64,000 nt of DNA from an uncultured Pelagibacteraceae bacterium (GCA_902586225.1 CACIGO010000002.1:12702-76701), one strand, 5' to 3'. Counted from the first letter of the stretch, positions 18,979 through 28,556 are shown. Numbers and translations are program-made. Notes: generated by a model from the sequence alone, not told the origin.

Positions 18979-20097
18979 ATGAAAATCGGGGTTCCAAAAG
19001 AAATAAAGCCTCAGGAAAATAGAATTGGACTCACTCCCGAAAGTGTAAAGACATTAACTTCTAATGGCCACGAAGTTTTAATTGAAAATAATGGAGGTTT
19101 TGAAGCAGGATTTGAAAACGATCATTACGTATCAAGTGGAGCAAAAATAGTTAACACAGCTGAAGATATATTTAACGACTCCGACATCATTGTTAAAGTC
19201 AAAGAGCCACAATCTAGCGAAGTAAGAATGATAAAAGAAAATCAAGTTGTCTTTACATATCTTCATCTTGCTGCAGCCAAGGAACTGACACAAGGCTTAA
19301 TAGACAGCAAATCAATATGCATCGCTTATGAAACAGTCACAGATAATAACGGAAGACTTCCTTTGTTAGCACCAATGAGTGCAGTAGCTGGAAGAATGTC
19401 AGTACAAGCGGGTGCACATTGTTTAGAAAAAAATCAAAAAGGCCGTGGTCTTTTGTTAGGAGGAGCTCCTGGTGTAGAGCCTGGAAATGTAGTTATACTT
19501 GGAGGTGGAGTAGTAGGAGAAAATGCTGCTATAATTGCAACAGGCATGAAAGCCAATGTTAATATTGTAGATAAATCTGAAAAAAGATTAAACGAACTTT
19601 CCCAAATATTTGGAGACAAAATAATTCCCAACTTAAGCGATAAAACTGATTTAGAAAAATTAATTTCTGAATGTGATTTGTTAGTAGGTGGAGTTTTGAT
19701 ACCGGGTGCTGAGGCACCAAAATTAGTTACAAAGAATATGTTAAAAAAAATGAAAAGGGGATCAGTAATTGTAGATGTTGCAATTGATCAAGGAGGATGT
19801 GTTGAAACCAGTAAACCGACTACTTTTGCAGAACCAACTTTTATAATAGATGATATAATTCATTATTGCGTTGCAAATATGCCCGGTGGTGTTCCTAGAA
19901 CATCAACAATTGCATTGAATAAAGCAACACTTCCTTTTTTATCTAAATTAGCAAAAGATGGGTACTTAAAAGCTTTAAATGATGATCAAAATTTTCAAGC
20001 AGGATTAAATATATTTAAAGGAGGTGTTACTCATAAAGCTGTAGCTGATGTATTTGGTCATGATCATTTGCCAGCTCAAAAAGCATTGCTTAATTAA
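18979..20097 (+). CDS. ald: Alanine dehydrogenase
   Basis: MKIGVPKEIK.QENR, FTYLHLA, PMSAVAGR, DVAIDQGGC, VANMPG. Confidence 0.95.
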   Translation: MKIGVPKEIKPQENRIGLTPESVKTLTSNGHEVLIENNGGFEAGFENDHYVSSGAKIVNTAEDIFNDSDIIVKVKEPQSSEVRMIKENQVVFTYLHLAAAKELTQGLIDSKSICIAYETVTDNNGRLPLLAPMSAVAGRMSVQAGAHCLEKNQKGRGLLLGGAPGVEPGNVVILGGGVVGENAAIIATGMKANVNIVDKSEKRLNELSQIFGDKIIPNLSDKTDLEKLISECDLLVGGVLIPGAEAPKLVTKNMLKKMKRGSVIVDVAIDQGGCVETSKPTTFAEPTFIIDDIIHYCVANMPGGVPRTSTIALNKATLPFLSKLAKDGYLKALNDDQNFQAGLNIFKGGVTHKAVADVFGHDHLPAQKALLN

Positions 20098-20127
20098 AAT
20101 CCCTAATTTTTCTTGCTTTTTCATAAA

Positions 20128-20155
20128 TTGACAAAAAAAAAATTAATTCTATATA
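20128..20155 (+). promoter_or_regulatory. Sigma70-like promoter with no downstream plus-strand CDS
   Basis: TTGACA (20128-20133), 16 nt, TATATA (20150-20155). Confidence 0.45.
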
Positions 20156-20159
20156 GCAG

Positions 20160-20248
20160 TCATAATTTAAAAAATTATTCCTGAATTTAACATTCATTTA
20201 TTTCTCTCTTTTTTGTTGAATTCACCTCCTCGAAAGGGGAGGTAAAAA
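20160..20248 (+). ncRNA. Candidate small RNA ending in a GAAA-tetraloop hairpin
   Basis: Follows the promoter; hairpin acctcctc-gaaa-ggggaggt at 20224-20243; lies between convergent genes. Confidence 0.3.
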
Positions 20249-20252
20249 GGAA

Positions 20253-20627
20253 TTATATCCCTTTGCTTATTAAATTATATATTTGGTCTTTATCAGTTAA
20301 ACCAATTTCTCTTGCTACTTCACTTTCACCTTTAAAAACTACTATTGTAGTCCAATAATTTACACCTAAAGCTTTAGCAATATCTTCATGTTCTGTTTGC
20401 TCATAGAATAAAAACTCAACATCCTTAAAGTCTTTCATTGCTTGATTGAAAACTTTTGTTTGTGCTGCACATGTTGAACAATATTCGTTCCAAGAATTAA
20501 TAACAATTGTTTTACCAGATTTTTGAATTTCTAATAATTTTTTCAGATCAAAATTTGTAGTTTTTTCAAAACCAAATGAGATATTTGGTATCAAGAATAA
20601 AATAAGAAAGACAAAATATTTTTTCAT
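20253..20627 (-). CDS. Exported thioredoxin-family protein
   Basis: Signal peptide, CSTC redox motif, TIVVFKGESEVAR. Confidence 0.8.
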   Translation of the reverse strand: MKKYFVFLILFLIPNISFGFEKTTNFDLKKLLEIQKSGKTIVINSWNEYCSTCAAQTKVFNQAMKDFKDVEFLFYEQTEHEDIAKALGVNYWTTIVVFKGESEVAREIGLTDKDQIYNLISKGI

Positions 20628-20640
20628 GAGTTCTATTTAA

Positions 20641-21168
20641 TTATCTGGTCATTCTTTTCAAGATGTTTTCTTTCAAAAATATTTGATGAAACAAAACTGC
20701 TAAAATATGCAATGAGATTAAAACTATTAATGTATAATTTGAAATAACGTGAACATTGTAAAATTGATCTGCTAAATCAAAGTTATCTTCAATCCTTAAT
20801 TTAAAAATAAAAAAATTTAGTTTTTCACCATTAAATAGCTTTTTTAAAATTCCTGATGTTGTTATTGTTAAAAGTGCGACATAAAGAGCGAAATGATTCA
20901 ATTTCGCAATCAAGTTTTGTCCAAAGAATGCCTCAGGCATTAGTTTTGGGGACTTGCTAAAAAATTTATAAATTAACCTAAATAAAGTTATATAAAATAT
21001 AGATATCCCAACAATTACGTGCACATTTTCTATAGTTATTCTTAAATCCGAAAAATCCAATCTGACTAAAATAAACCCCATTGGTATCTGAGCAATTAAA
21101 AGGAGCAAAGTGAACCAATGGAAAAATTTAGCTAACCAACTATATTGTAATGCTATACTATTCGTCAT
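20641..21168 (-). CDS. Cytochrome b561
   Basis: FFHW, VHVIVG, NHFALY, VH...LHILAVLFHQ heme-ligand pattern over 4 TMs. Confidence 0.85.
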   Translation of the reverse strand: MTNSIALQYSWLAKFFHWFTLLLLIAQIPMGFILVRLDFSDLRITIENVHVIVGISIFYITLFRLIYKFFSKSPKLMPEAFFGQNLIAKLNHFALYVALLTITTSGILKKLFNGEKLNFFIFKLRIEDNFDLADQFYNVHVISNYTLIVLISLHILAVLFHQIFLKENILKRMTR

Positions 21169-21205
21169 GAGCTATTTTATAAAAATAAATAATATTTTCA
21201 AAATA

Positions 21206-21631
21206 ATGTTTATTGTAGCACTTTCTTTTTCATTTAACTCTAATGTTTTATCAGAAGAAAGCGCAAAAGACATTATAAAGAAAAGAAAATCTTTATTCAG
21301 TCAAAATTATAAACTAGCAAAAAGAATTAGTATTTTACTTAACGAAGTTGAAATTGAGGACTCAAAAAAACTGATGATTAGAATGAGTGATAATTATTTA
21401 GAATTACTAAATTTATTTCCAGAAAATACTAAAGAGGGACACGGAACAGAGGCTTTACCAATTATTTGGGAAGAAAAAGATGAATTTAATGCTCTAATGA
21501 AAAAATCTTCTGATCAAATGATAAAGCTAGCTTCAATTATCGAAGACCAAGATGATTTTAGAGCAGCTTTGAAACAATATATGTGGTCGAGCTGCAAAGC
21601 TTGTCATAGCAGATATAGGGCTCCACACTAA
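21206..21631 (+). CDS. Cytochrome c' (class II); start could also be 21167
   Basis: Signal peptide, LFPE..TEALP.IW, C-terminal CKACH..YR. Confidence 0.85.
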   Translation: MFIVALSFSFNSNVLSEESAKDIIKKRKSLFSQNYKLAKRISILLNEVEIEDSKKLMIRMSDNYLELLNLFPENTKEGHGTEALPIIWEEKDEFNALMKKSSDQMIKLASIIEDQDDFRAALKQYMWSSCKACHSRYRAPH

Positions 21632-22059
21632 TGAAAAAGTATTTTTTTATTTTTATTGTTTTATTTTATGCAGATACTGCTTTCTCTCATTCGCACTACC
21701 CCATAACTAGAGATTCATTAGAAGCAATTAAAAATGGCAAGATATTATACAATCAATATTGTGTTTCTTGTCACCAAGCAAATTTAGCTGGAGCTACAAA
21801 TTGGCAAGGTTTAGATGAGGATGGGCATAGAAAAGCACCGCCTTTAAATGGAACAGGTCATACTTGGCATCATACAGATGAGTTACTACATAGAATGATA
21901 AAGTATGGATTTGCTAAATTGATAAAAAATTATGAAGGCAAGATGATGGGTTTTGGTGATAAAATAAGTGATGAAGGTATTGATAACATTCTTTCGTACA
22001 TTAAATCTTATTGGAAAGATGATATTTATGAATATCATTTAGAAATGAGCAAACAATGA
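21631..22059 (+). CDS. Monoheme cytochrome c
   Basis: Signal peptide, CVSCH, APPLNGTGHTWHH, MMGF distal Met. Confidence 0.85.
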   Translation: MKKYFFIFIVLFYADTAFSHSHYPITRDSLEAIKNGKILYNQYCVSCHQANLAGATNWQGLDEDGHRKAPPLNGTGHTWHHTDELLHRMIKYGFAKLIKNYEGKMMGFGDKISDEGIDNILSYIKSYWKDDIYEYHLEMSKQ

Positions 22060-22499
22060 GTTCAGAAGCAGTTAATTTTAATTGGTCATGCAAACATACT
22101 TGGAAAAGAAGCGCAAAAAATACTGCTTGGTGTTTACTAGGCTGTGCAATTGGTGACTTTGGAACTATATTGTATTTTCAGATAACAGGAATTCCCTGGC
22201 CTGTTTTAGCTATCATGACTTTAGCAATTATAAATGGTTTGATTACAAGTATTATTTTAGAAACTATAATTTTAATAAGACAAAAACTTGATTTTTCCAA
22301 AGCATTAAAGACTGCGCTTGGTATGAGCTTTATATCAATGGTCAGTATGGAAATAGCCATGAACCTCACAGATGTAATTTTAACAGGTGGAGCTATTTTA
22401 AATTGGTGGGTAGTACCAATAATGCTTTTAGTTGGATTTTTAACTCCATGGCCATACAATTATTGGAGATTAAAAAAATATAATATTGCTTGTCACTAA
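22056..22499 (+). CDS. DUF4396-like membrane protein
   Basis: NTAWCLLGCAIGD, SMVSMEIAMN, PWPYNYW, C-terminal ACH. Confidence 0.7.
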   Translation: MSSEAVNFNWSCKHTWKRSAKNTAWCLLGCAIGDFGTILYFQITGIPWPVLAIMTLAIINGLITSIILETIILIRQKLDFSKALKTALGMSFISMVSMEIAMNLTDVILTGGAILNWWVVPIMLLVGFLTPWPYNYWRLKKYNIACH

Positions 22500-22532
22500 A
22501 AACATCTCTATATCAAATTAAGACCTCAGATA

Positions 22533-23468
22533 ATGACTAAAGATTTAATAACAATTGATGGCCTTTCAAAGGTATACGATAATGGATTTAACGCTTTAAA
22601 AACTGTTAATCTAAATATAAAGCAAGGTGAAATTATTGCTATGCTTGGACCAAATGGAGCTGGCAAAACAACACTGATAAGTATTGTATGTGGTATAGTT
22701 AAACCAACTTCCGGAGTAATTACAGTAGATGGTTTTGATATTATAAAAGATTATAGAGAAACAAGATCAAGAATAGGACTGGTCCCCCAAGAAATTTCAC
22801 TAGAACAATTTGAAACAGTGTTTAACAATGTTTCATATTCAAGAGGCTTATATGGAAAAAAGCCAAACCCCCAACATATAGAAAAAGTTCTAAAAGATTT
22901 TAGTTTATGGGATAAAAAAGATTTAAGGTTAAATCAGCTTTCAGGGGGAATGAAAAGACGTGTAATGATAGCAAAAGCATTATCTCATGAACCTTCGATA
23001 TTATTTCTTGATGAACCAACGGCAGGTGTAGATGTAGAATTGAGAAAAGATATGTGGAAAGTTGTAGAGGGATTAAGGAAAACTGGAGTAACCATAATTT
23101 TAACAACACACTATATTGAAGAAGCAGAGGCAATCGCAGACCGAGTTGCTGTAATTAATCAAGGAGAAATCATTGTTGTTGATAATAAAATAGATTTATT
23201 AAAAAAAATGGGTCATAAAAAATTAACTATTGAGTTACAGGATAAAGTCGAGAAAATTCCATCAGAGCTTGATGAATATAATCTATCAATCTCTAATGAT
23301 AATTATTCATTAATTTACAACTATAACTTACATGCTGAAAGAACAGGTATTACAAAGATGCTTCAAGATTTAAAAAATGCAGGTTTGAGGATGAGAGACT
23401 TAAAAACAGAGCAAAATAATCTTGAAAAGATTTTTGTGACATTGGTAAAGGAAAATAATGAGGATTAA
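22533..23468 (+). CDS. ABC-2 type exporter ATP-binding protein (YadG-like)
   Basis: GPNGAGKTT, LSGGMKRR, LDEPTAGVD, TTHYIEEAE. Confidence 0.9.
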   Translation: MTKDLITIDGLSKVYDNGFNALKTVNLNIKQGEIIAMLGPNGAGKTTLISIVCGIVKPTSGVITVDGFDIIKDYRETRSRIGLVPQEISLEQFETVFNNVSYSRGLYGKKPNPQHIEKVLKDFSLWDKKDLRLNQLSGGMKRRVMIAKALSHEPSILFLDEPTAGVDVELRKDMWKVVEGLRKTGVTIILTTHYIEEAEAIADRVAVINQGEIIVVDNKIDLLKKMGHKKLTIELQDKVEKIPSELDEYNLSISNDNYSLIYNYNLHAERTGITKMLQDLKNAGLRMRDLKTEQNNLEKIFVTLVKENNED

Positions 23469-24225
23469 TTTTTACGCATTAAGAGCAATTTATTTTCATG
23501 AAATGGATAGATTTAGAAGAACATTAATACAATCTCTTCTTTCTCCAGTTTTATCTACTTCATTATACTTTATAGTATTCGGCTCGGTAATCGGGGATTA
23601 TGTACAAAAAATTGATGGCATTAGTTATGGCTCTTATATAGTTCCAGGATTATTGATGTTAACATTATTAACGCAATCTATCAGTAACACTTCTTTTGGA
23701 ATTTTTTTTCCTAAATTTAATGGAACAATTTATGAAATTTTAGCAGCTCCAATTTCTACTGTAGAAATTGTAATTGCTTATGTTGGTGCAGGTGCAACTA
23801 AAACCTTAATTGTTGCTGCAGTAATTTTCTGCACTTCACTTTTCTTTGCAGAAGTAAATGTAAAGTTTCCTTTACTAATGATTTTCTTATTAATTCTAGT
23901 TGCTTTTACTTTTGCTTTGTTCGGGTTTTTAATTGGACTTCTTAGTAAAAATTTCGAGCAAATGTCTATAATACCAACAATTGTCATAACACCAATGGTA
24001 TTCTTAGGTGGAAGTTTGTATTCGCTAGATATGCTCCCAAGTTTCTGGCAAACAGTCACTTATTTTAATCCTGTTGTATATTTAATTAATGGGCTGAGGT
24101 TTGCATTTTATGGAGTTTCTGATTTTGATATTTGGATAAGTATTTCAACAATGTTTATATTTTTAATTGCATGTGTAACTCTTGTCTCAATTATACTTAA
24201 AAAAGGTTATAATATAAAAAATTAA
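23458..24225 (+). CDS. ABC-2 type exporter permease (YadH-like)
   Basis: SPVLSTSLYFIVFG, YIVPGL, NPVVYLINGLR. Confidence 0.9.
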   Translation: MRINFYALRAIYFHEMDRFRRTLIQSLLSPVLSTSLYFIVFGSVIGDYVQKIDGISYGSYIVPGLLMLTLLTQSISNTSFGIFFPKFNGTIYEILAAPISTVEIVIAYVGAGATKTLIVAAVIFCTSLFFAEVNVKFPLLMIFLLILVAFTFALFGFLIGLLSKNFEQMSIIPTIVITPMVFLGGSLYSLDMLPSFWQTVTYFNPVVYLINGLRFAFYGVSDFDIWISISTMFIFLIACVTLVSIILKKGYNIKN

Positions 24226-24226
24226 T

Positions 24227-24394
24227 TTGACTGTTGACCAGATAATTCCTGCAATATTTTTAATATTAGTCTTAATATTAGTTCTACCTAATTTTCTCAG
24301 ATCAAACTCAAATATTAAACAATTGATATCTAATTTTTCAATTTGGATAATAATTATACTTGTTATATTTGGATTGATGTATTTTTTGATGTAA
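24227..24394 (+). CDS. 55-aa two-TM membrane protein (not in ORF track)
   Basis: Manual translation from TTG: MTVDQIIPAIFLILVLILVLPNFLRSNSNIKQLISNFSIWIIIILVIFGLMYFLM; fills the gap in the operon. Confidence 0.55.
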   Translation: MTVDQIIPAIFLILVLILVLPNFLRSNSNIKQLISNFSIWIIIILVIFGLMYFLM

Positions 24395-24402
24395 ATAGAT
24401 TT

Positions 24403-24567
24403 ATGATTAAATTTATTCTTCCAGCAGTACTATTAATTTTAATTATTATTTTCTGGGAAAAAATTAATGAATTTTTATTAAGCAAATTTAAAATTAAATT
24501 CAATTACATAGCTGTCATTATATTAGTTTTAATATTAGTGGTTTTATCTTTATTACTATATTTCTAA
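24403..24567 (+). CDS. 54-aa two-TM membrane protein
   Basis: MIKFILPAVLLILIIIFW...; ATG 8 nt after the previous stop. Confidence 0.6.
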   Translation: MIKFILPAVLLILIIIFWEKINEFLLSKFKIKFNYIAVIILVLILVVLSLLLYF

Positions 24568-24573
24568 TTTATA

Positions 24574-25317
24574 ATGGAGATAAATTTATTATTCTTTGTT
24601 AGTGTTGTTCCAGCTATCGTATTATATGGAATTGCTAAATCAGGTTTAGGTGGATCAATATCATTAATTTCAGTTCCATTAATGACAGTAGTAATGCCAT
24701 TAAATCAAGCACTTGCAATTATTTTACCAATATTAATTTTTTCAGACATTATTGCAGTTTATAGATTTAGAAGAGAGTTTGATTTTGGAACACTTAAATT
24801 AATAGTTCCATTTGCAGCTATTGGAATAATAATTGGCTCATTTACATTTACTTTTTTTTCTGAGGATTTGCTTAAATTAATTGTTGGGATAATGGGTTTT
24901 TTATTTTCTGGTCATTATTTTTTATTTAAAAAAGAAAAAACTATACCCGCAAAAAAAAACTTTTTTAAAGGTGCTATTTGTTCATCCATTGCTGGTTTTT
25001 CAAGTTTTTGTGTTCATGCGGGAGGAACTCCAACAAGTCTTTATTTGCTTCCACTAAGAATGAAAAAAGAAATTTATGTTGGTACAAGAATTATTTTTTT
25101 TAGTTGTGTAAATCTAATTAAGCTTCCTCTGTATGTTTATTTATCTATGATGAATTTTGATACTTTATATCAATCAGTTACTCTCTTTCCCTTAGCGCTT
25201 ATTGGAATATTTATAGGTTATAAATTACTTAAAATAATTGAGGAAAATTTATTTTATAATATCATTTACGCTTTAATTCTTGTTAGTAGTGCTAAGTTAA
25301 TAATTGATTTCATTTAA
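24574..25317 (+). CDS. TauE/SafE family sulfite exporter
   Basis: GIAKSGLGG, LPILIFSD, HAGGTP, NLIKLP. Confidence 0.85.
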   Translation: MEINLLFFVSVVPAIVLYGIAKSGLGGSISLISVPLMTVVMPLNQALAIILPILIFSDIIAVYRFRREFDFGTLKLIVPFAAIGIIIGSFTFTFFSEDLLKLIVGIMGFLFSGHYFLFKKEKTIPAKKNFFKGAICSSIAGFSSFCVHAGGTPTSLYLLPLRMKKEIYVGTRIIFFSCVNLIKLPLYVYLSMMNFDTLYQSVTLFPLALIGIFIGYKLLKIIEENLFYNIIYALILVSSAKLIIDFI

Positions 25318-25334
25318 TCTTTGAAATAAGTTGT

Positions 25335-25397
25335 AAATGGGGTGCCAGAAGGCTGAGAAATACCCTTAGAACCTGTCCGGTAATTCAGAAAGGGAAA
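25335..25397 (+). promoter_or_regulatory. TPP (THI-box) riboswitch, compact variant
   Basis: GGGGTGC..GGCTGAGAAATACCC..GAACCTG..GGTAAT..AGGGA abutting the ATG at 25398. Confidence 0.85.
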
Positions 25398-26828
25398 ATG
25401 AATAATTTAAATATAATCAATCAATCATCAGCAATAATATTAATTATTTCAATTTCTTTAATATTTGTTTTTGTTGGAATTTATTTTTCAAAAAAATTTA
25501 AAGGACTTAATAATTATTTAGTTGCAAACCGTTCGATTGGAACTTTATCCTTAACAACAAGTCTTGTTGCTTCAGCACTTGGTGCTTGGATTTTATTTGG
25601 ACCTGCATCAGCAGCAACATGGGGAGGAATTGGTGCAGTGATTGGTTATTCACTAGGAACTGCATTTCCACTCTTTATTTTAATTTATCTTGGTAAAAAA
25701 TTTAGAACTAGTTATCCGCAAGGCAAAAGTATTATTGAAATTATAAGATTAAGATTTGGACCAAATCTTTATAAACTTATTTTAGTTTTTTCCATTTTTT
25801 ATATGACAATCTTTTTAATTGCTGAAGTTACTGCTGTAGCTTTTTTAATTAATTACATATCTGGTACTGAATTATGGATTACCTCTTTAATAGTAATATC
25901 ATGTTCTTTACTTTACACATTATATGGAGGGTTAAGAGCATCCTTAATCACAGATAATATTCAATTTTTTGTATTTACAGCTCTTTTAATAATTAGTTTA
26001 ATTTTTATTACCTCAATTGAAACAAACGAATTTAACTTTGAAATTATTAAAAATAATAATCCGCATTTGTTAAGTTTTAGTTATCTCCCAAATTATACTG
26101 CTGGTTTAACTTTCTTTATTGCTGTTGCTGCAACTAATCTTTTTCATCAAGGTAATTGGCAGAGAGTTTATGCTGCAAAAAATTACGAAGTTTTAAAAAA
26201 AAGTTTAATATTTTCATTTTTAATAATATTACCAATAGTCTTTTTTATGGGATTTAGTGGTTTAGTGGCTGTCTCTCAAGATACTAATGTAATACCTGAT
26301 CTTGCATTTTTTTCAATTTTATTAAAAGAAAATTTAATAATATTTTCAGTCATTGTAATAATTTTAGCTATCTCTTTAACAATAAGCAGTATTGATACTT
26401 TAATAAATGCTATTTCAAGTTTGATAATAGTAGATGTAGATAAGGTGTTAAATTTAAAAAATAATCATTTAAATATCTCAAAACAATTTGTTATTTTTCT
26501 TTCGGTCATAGCTTTTTTTGTTGCATCAAAAGGATTTAGTATTCTTTATTTATTCTTAATAGCAGATTTATTTTGTTGTGCGGCTGTTCTAAGTGTTTTT
26601 TATACTTTTTATTCTAAATCTTATGATGAAAAAAATGCATATGTTTCTATATTAATAGGATTAATTGCAGGACTATTATTTTTCCCAAGTCCAGATTTTT
26701 CTAAATCAATACTATTTGGCGTAATTTTGCCTATGGATTTAGCACCATCGTATATTTCTCAATCTCTTTTATTTTGTTCATTTATTGCGGCAACTTTATC
26801 ACCAATAATTGCATGGAAATTGAAATAA
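25398..26828 (+). CDS. thiV: Sodium:solute symporter, thiamin-precursor (HMP) transporter ThiV
   Basis: SSS motifs (YLVANR, GAWILFGPA, YGGLRAS.ITD, WQRVYAA) under a TPP riboswitch. Confidence 0.8.
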   Translation: MNNLNIINQSSAIILIISISLIFVFVGIYFSKKFKGLNNYLVANRSIGTLSLTTSLVASALGAWILFGPASAATWGGIGAVIGYSLGTAFPLFILIYLGKKFRTSYPQGKSIIEIIRLRFGPNLYKLILVFSIFYMTIFLIAEVTAVAFLINYISGTELWITSLIVISCSLLYTLYGGLRASLITDNIQFFVFTALLIISLIFITSIETNEFNFEIIKNNNPHLLSFSYLPNYTAGLTFFIAVAATNLFHQGNWQRVYAAKNYEVLKKSLIFSFLIILPIVFFMGFSGLVAVSQDTNVIPDLAFFSILLKENLIIFSVIVIILAISLTISSIDTLINAISSLIIVDVDKVLNLKNNHLNISKQFVIFLSVIAFFVASKGFSILYLFLIADLFCCAAVLSVFYTFYSKSYDEKNAYVSILIGLIAGLLFFPSPDFSKSILFGVILPMDLAPSYISQSLLFCSFIAATLSPIIAWKLK

Positions 26829-26869
26829 TTGATGTTTATTAAAAACTTAATTATTGTATAATTTAACAA

Positions 26870-27979
26870 ATGCTTAATTTTGTATTACCATTTATTGTAT
26901 TAATCGTTGTTGTTGTTTTCATTCATGAATATGGACACTATTATTTTGCGAAAAGATATGGTGTTGGTGTAACAGATTTTTCAATAGGTTTTGGTCGAGA
27001 ATTATTTGGATGGAATGATAAATCAGGAACTAGATGGAAAGTTTGTTGGATACCACTAGGCGGTTATGTAAAATTTTTCGGAGATAGGAATGTATTTTCA
27101 CAATCAGATCAAGAGGAGCTACTAAAAAAATATAGTAAAGAAGACCAACATAAATTGTTTGTAACAAAACCTCTTTATCAAAGAGCATTAATTGTTGCTG
27201 GAGGACCACTGGCTAATTTTATATTAGCTTTAGTCATTTTTACATTCATATACATGTTTGCAGGTAAAGATTTTACACCAGCTGTAATTGATGAAGTATT
27301 AAAAGATAGTCCAGCAGAAGTTGCTGGTATGCAAAAAAATGATGTTATTATTGAAATAGATAATACAAAAGTAGAGAGTATTCTTGATGTTTCTAAATTA
27401 ATAGCAATGTCAACATCAGAATTTATCGATTTTAAAGTTTCAAGATATGACCAGGAGATAATTTTAAAAGTTAAGCCAAATTTTGTTGATAGCGTTGATG
27501 AATTAGGAAACAAATTAAAGAAAAGGATGGTAGGTATTAAACTTAGTCCTTATAACAATCAAATAACACACAAAAAACTTGGACCTGCACGAGCTTTGCT
27601 TCAATCATTTAATGAAGTTTATTTTGTAACAACTTCATCACTTAAATATCTTGGATCAATGTTTACAGGAGCAGGGGACAGTTCTCAATTGGGAGGTCCA
27701 ATTAGAATTGCTAAAATTTCTGGTCAAGTAGCAGAATTTGGAATTATACCTTTTGTCAGTATGATGGCATATATTTCTATAAGTTTAGGACTAATTAACT
27801 TATTTCCTATACCTTTATTAGACGGAGGACATCTGATGTTTTATGCATTTGAAAAAGTTTTAGGTCGTCCTTTAAGTCAAAAAACACAGGAAGGTTTTTT
27901 TCGAATCGGAATGTTTTTGTTGTTATCCTTGATGTTTTTCGCAACATTTAACGACCTTAAAGATTTAGGCTTATTTTAA
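26870..27979 (+). CDS. rseP: RIP metalloprotease RseP
   Basis: HEYGH, FSIGFG, AGGPLAN, PDZ domain, NLFPIPLLDGGH. Confidence 0.95.
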   Translation: MLNFVLPFIVLIVVVVFIHEYGHYYFAKRYGVGVTDFSIGFGRELFGWNDKSGTRWKVCWIPLGGYVKFFGDRNVFSQSDQEELLKKYSKEDQHKLFVTKPLYQRALIVAGGPLANFILALVIFTFIYMFAGKDFTPAVIDEVLKDSPAEVAGMQKNDVIIEIDNTKVESILDVSKLIAMSTSEFIDFKVSRYDQEIILKVKPNFVDSVDELGNKLKKRMVGIKLSPYNNQITHKKLGPARALLQSFNEVYFVTTSSLKYLGSMFTGAGDSSQLGGPIRIAKISGQVAEFGIIPFVSMMAYISISLGLINLFPIPLLDGGHLMFYAFEKVLGRPLSQKTQEGFFRIGMFLLLSLMFFATFNDLKDLGLF

Positions 27980-28131
27980 GGCTTTTTTAATAGCTAAAAA
28001 AACATTGTATTTATTGACTTTTTTTACCACTATATATTGTTGTTCAAAAAAAAATATATACTAAAAAAAAGCTTGAATTATCAATGATTTTGTTAAGTAT
28101 AGTTTCATAAACCTTTAAAACCGGAGCTAAA

Positions 28132-28407
28132 ATGAACAAAAAACAATTAGTAGCAAAGCTAGCTGGTTCGTTAAATCAAAGTAAAGCTGATGCAGAGCGT
28201 ACTTTTGATACTATTACGAATACTATACTAGATGCGTTGAAAAACGACGATTCTGTAAAGATTGCAGGTTTTGGTACATATAAAGTGGCTAAAAGAAAAG
28301 CCCGAATTGGACGTAATCCAAGAACTGGAGAGCAAATCCAAATCGCTGCTTCTCAAAAGGTAAAGTTTTTACCTGCTAAAGCACTTAAAGAAGTATTTAA
28401 CAAGTAA
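28132..28407 (+). CDS. hupB: DNA-binding protein HU
   Basis: MNKKQL, GFGTY, GRNPRTGE; GGAG SD. Confidence 0.95.
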   Translation: MNKKQLVAKLAGSLNQSKADAERTFDTITNTILDALKNDDSVKIAGFGTYKVAKRKARIGRNPRTGEQIQIAASQKVKFLPAKALKEVFNK

Positions 28408-28416
28408 ATCTCATTT

Positions 28417-28460
28417 AACAGCCTTTATTAGGAATGGTAAAATTCTTAATAAAGGCTGTT
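28417..28460 (+). terminator. Long stem-loop after HU gene
   Basis: aacagcctttattaggaat / attcttaataaaggctgtt, about 19-bp stem. Confidence 0.7.
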
Positions 28461-28556
28461 TCTACATGCAAAAACTGCATATCTATTTTTAACAACAATC
28501 ATTAGTTTTTATTTATTTTAAAATTATAAGAACCTCTTTTTAACAATGGAGGTTAA

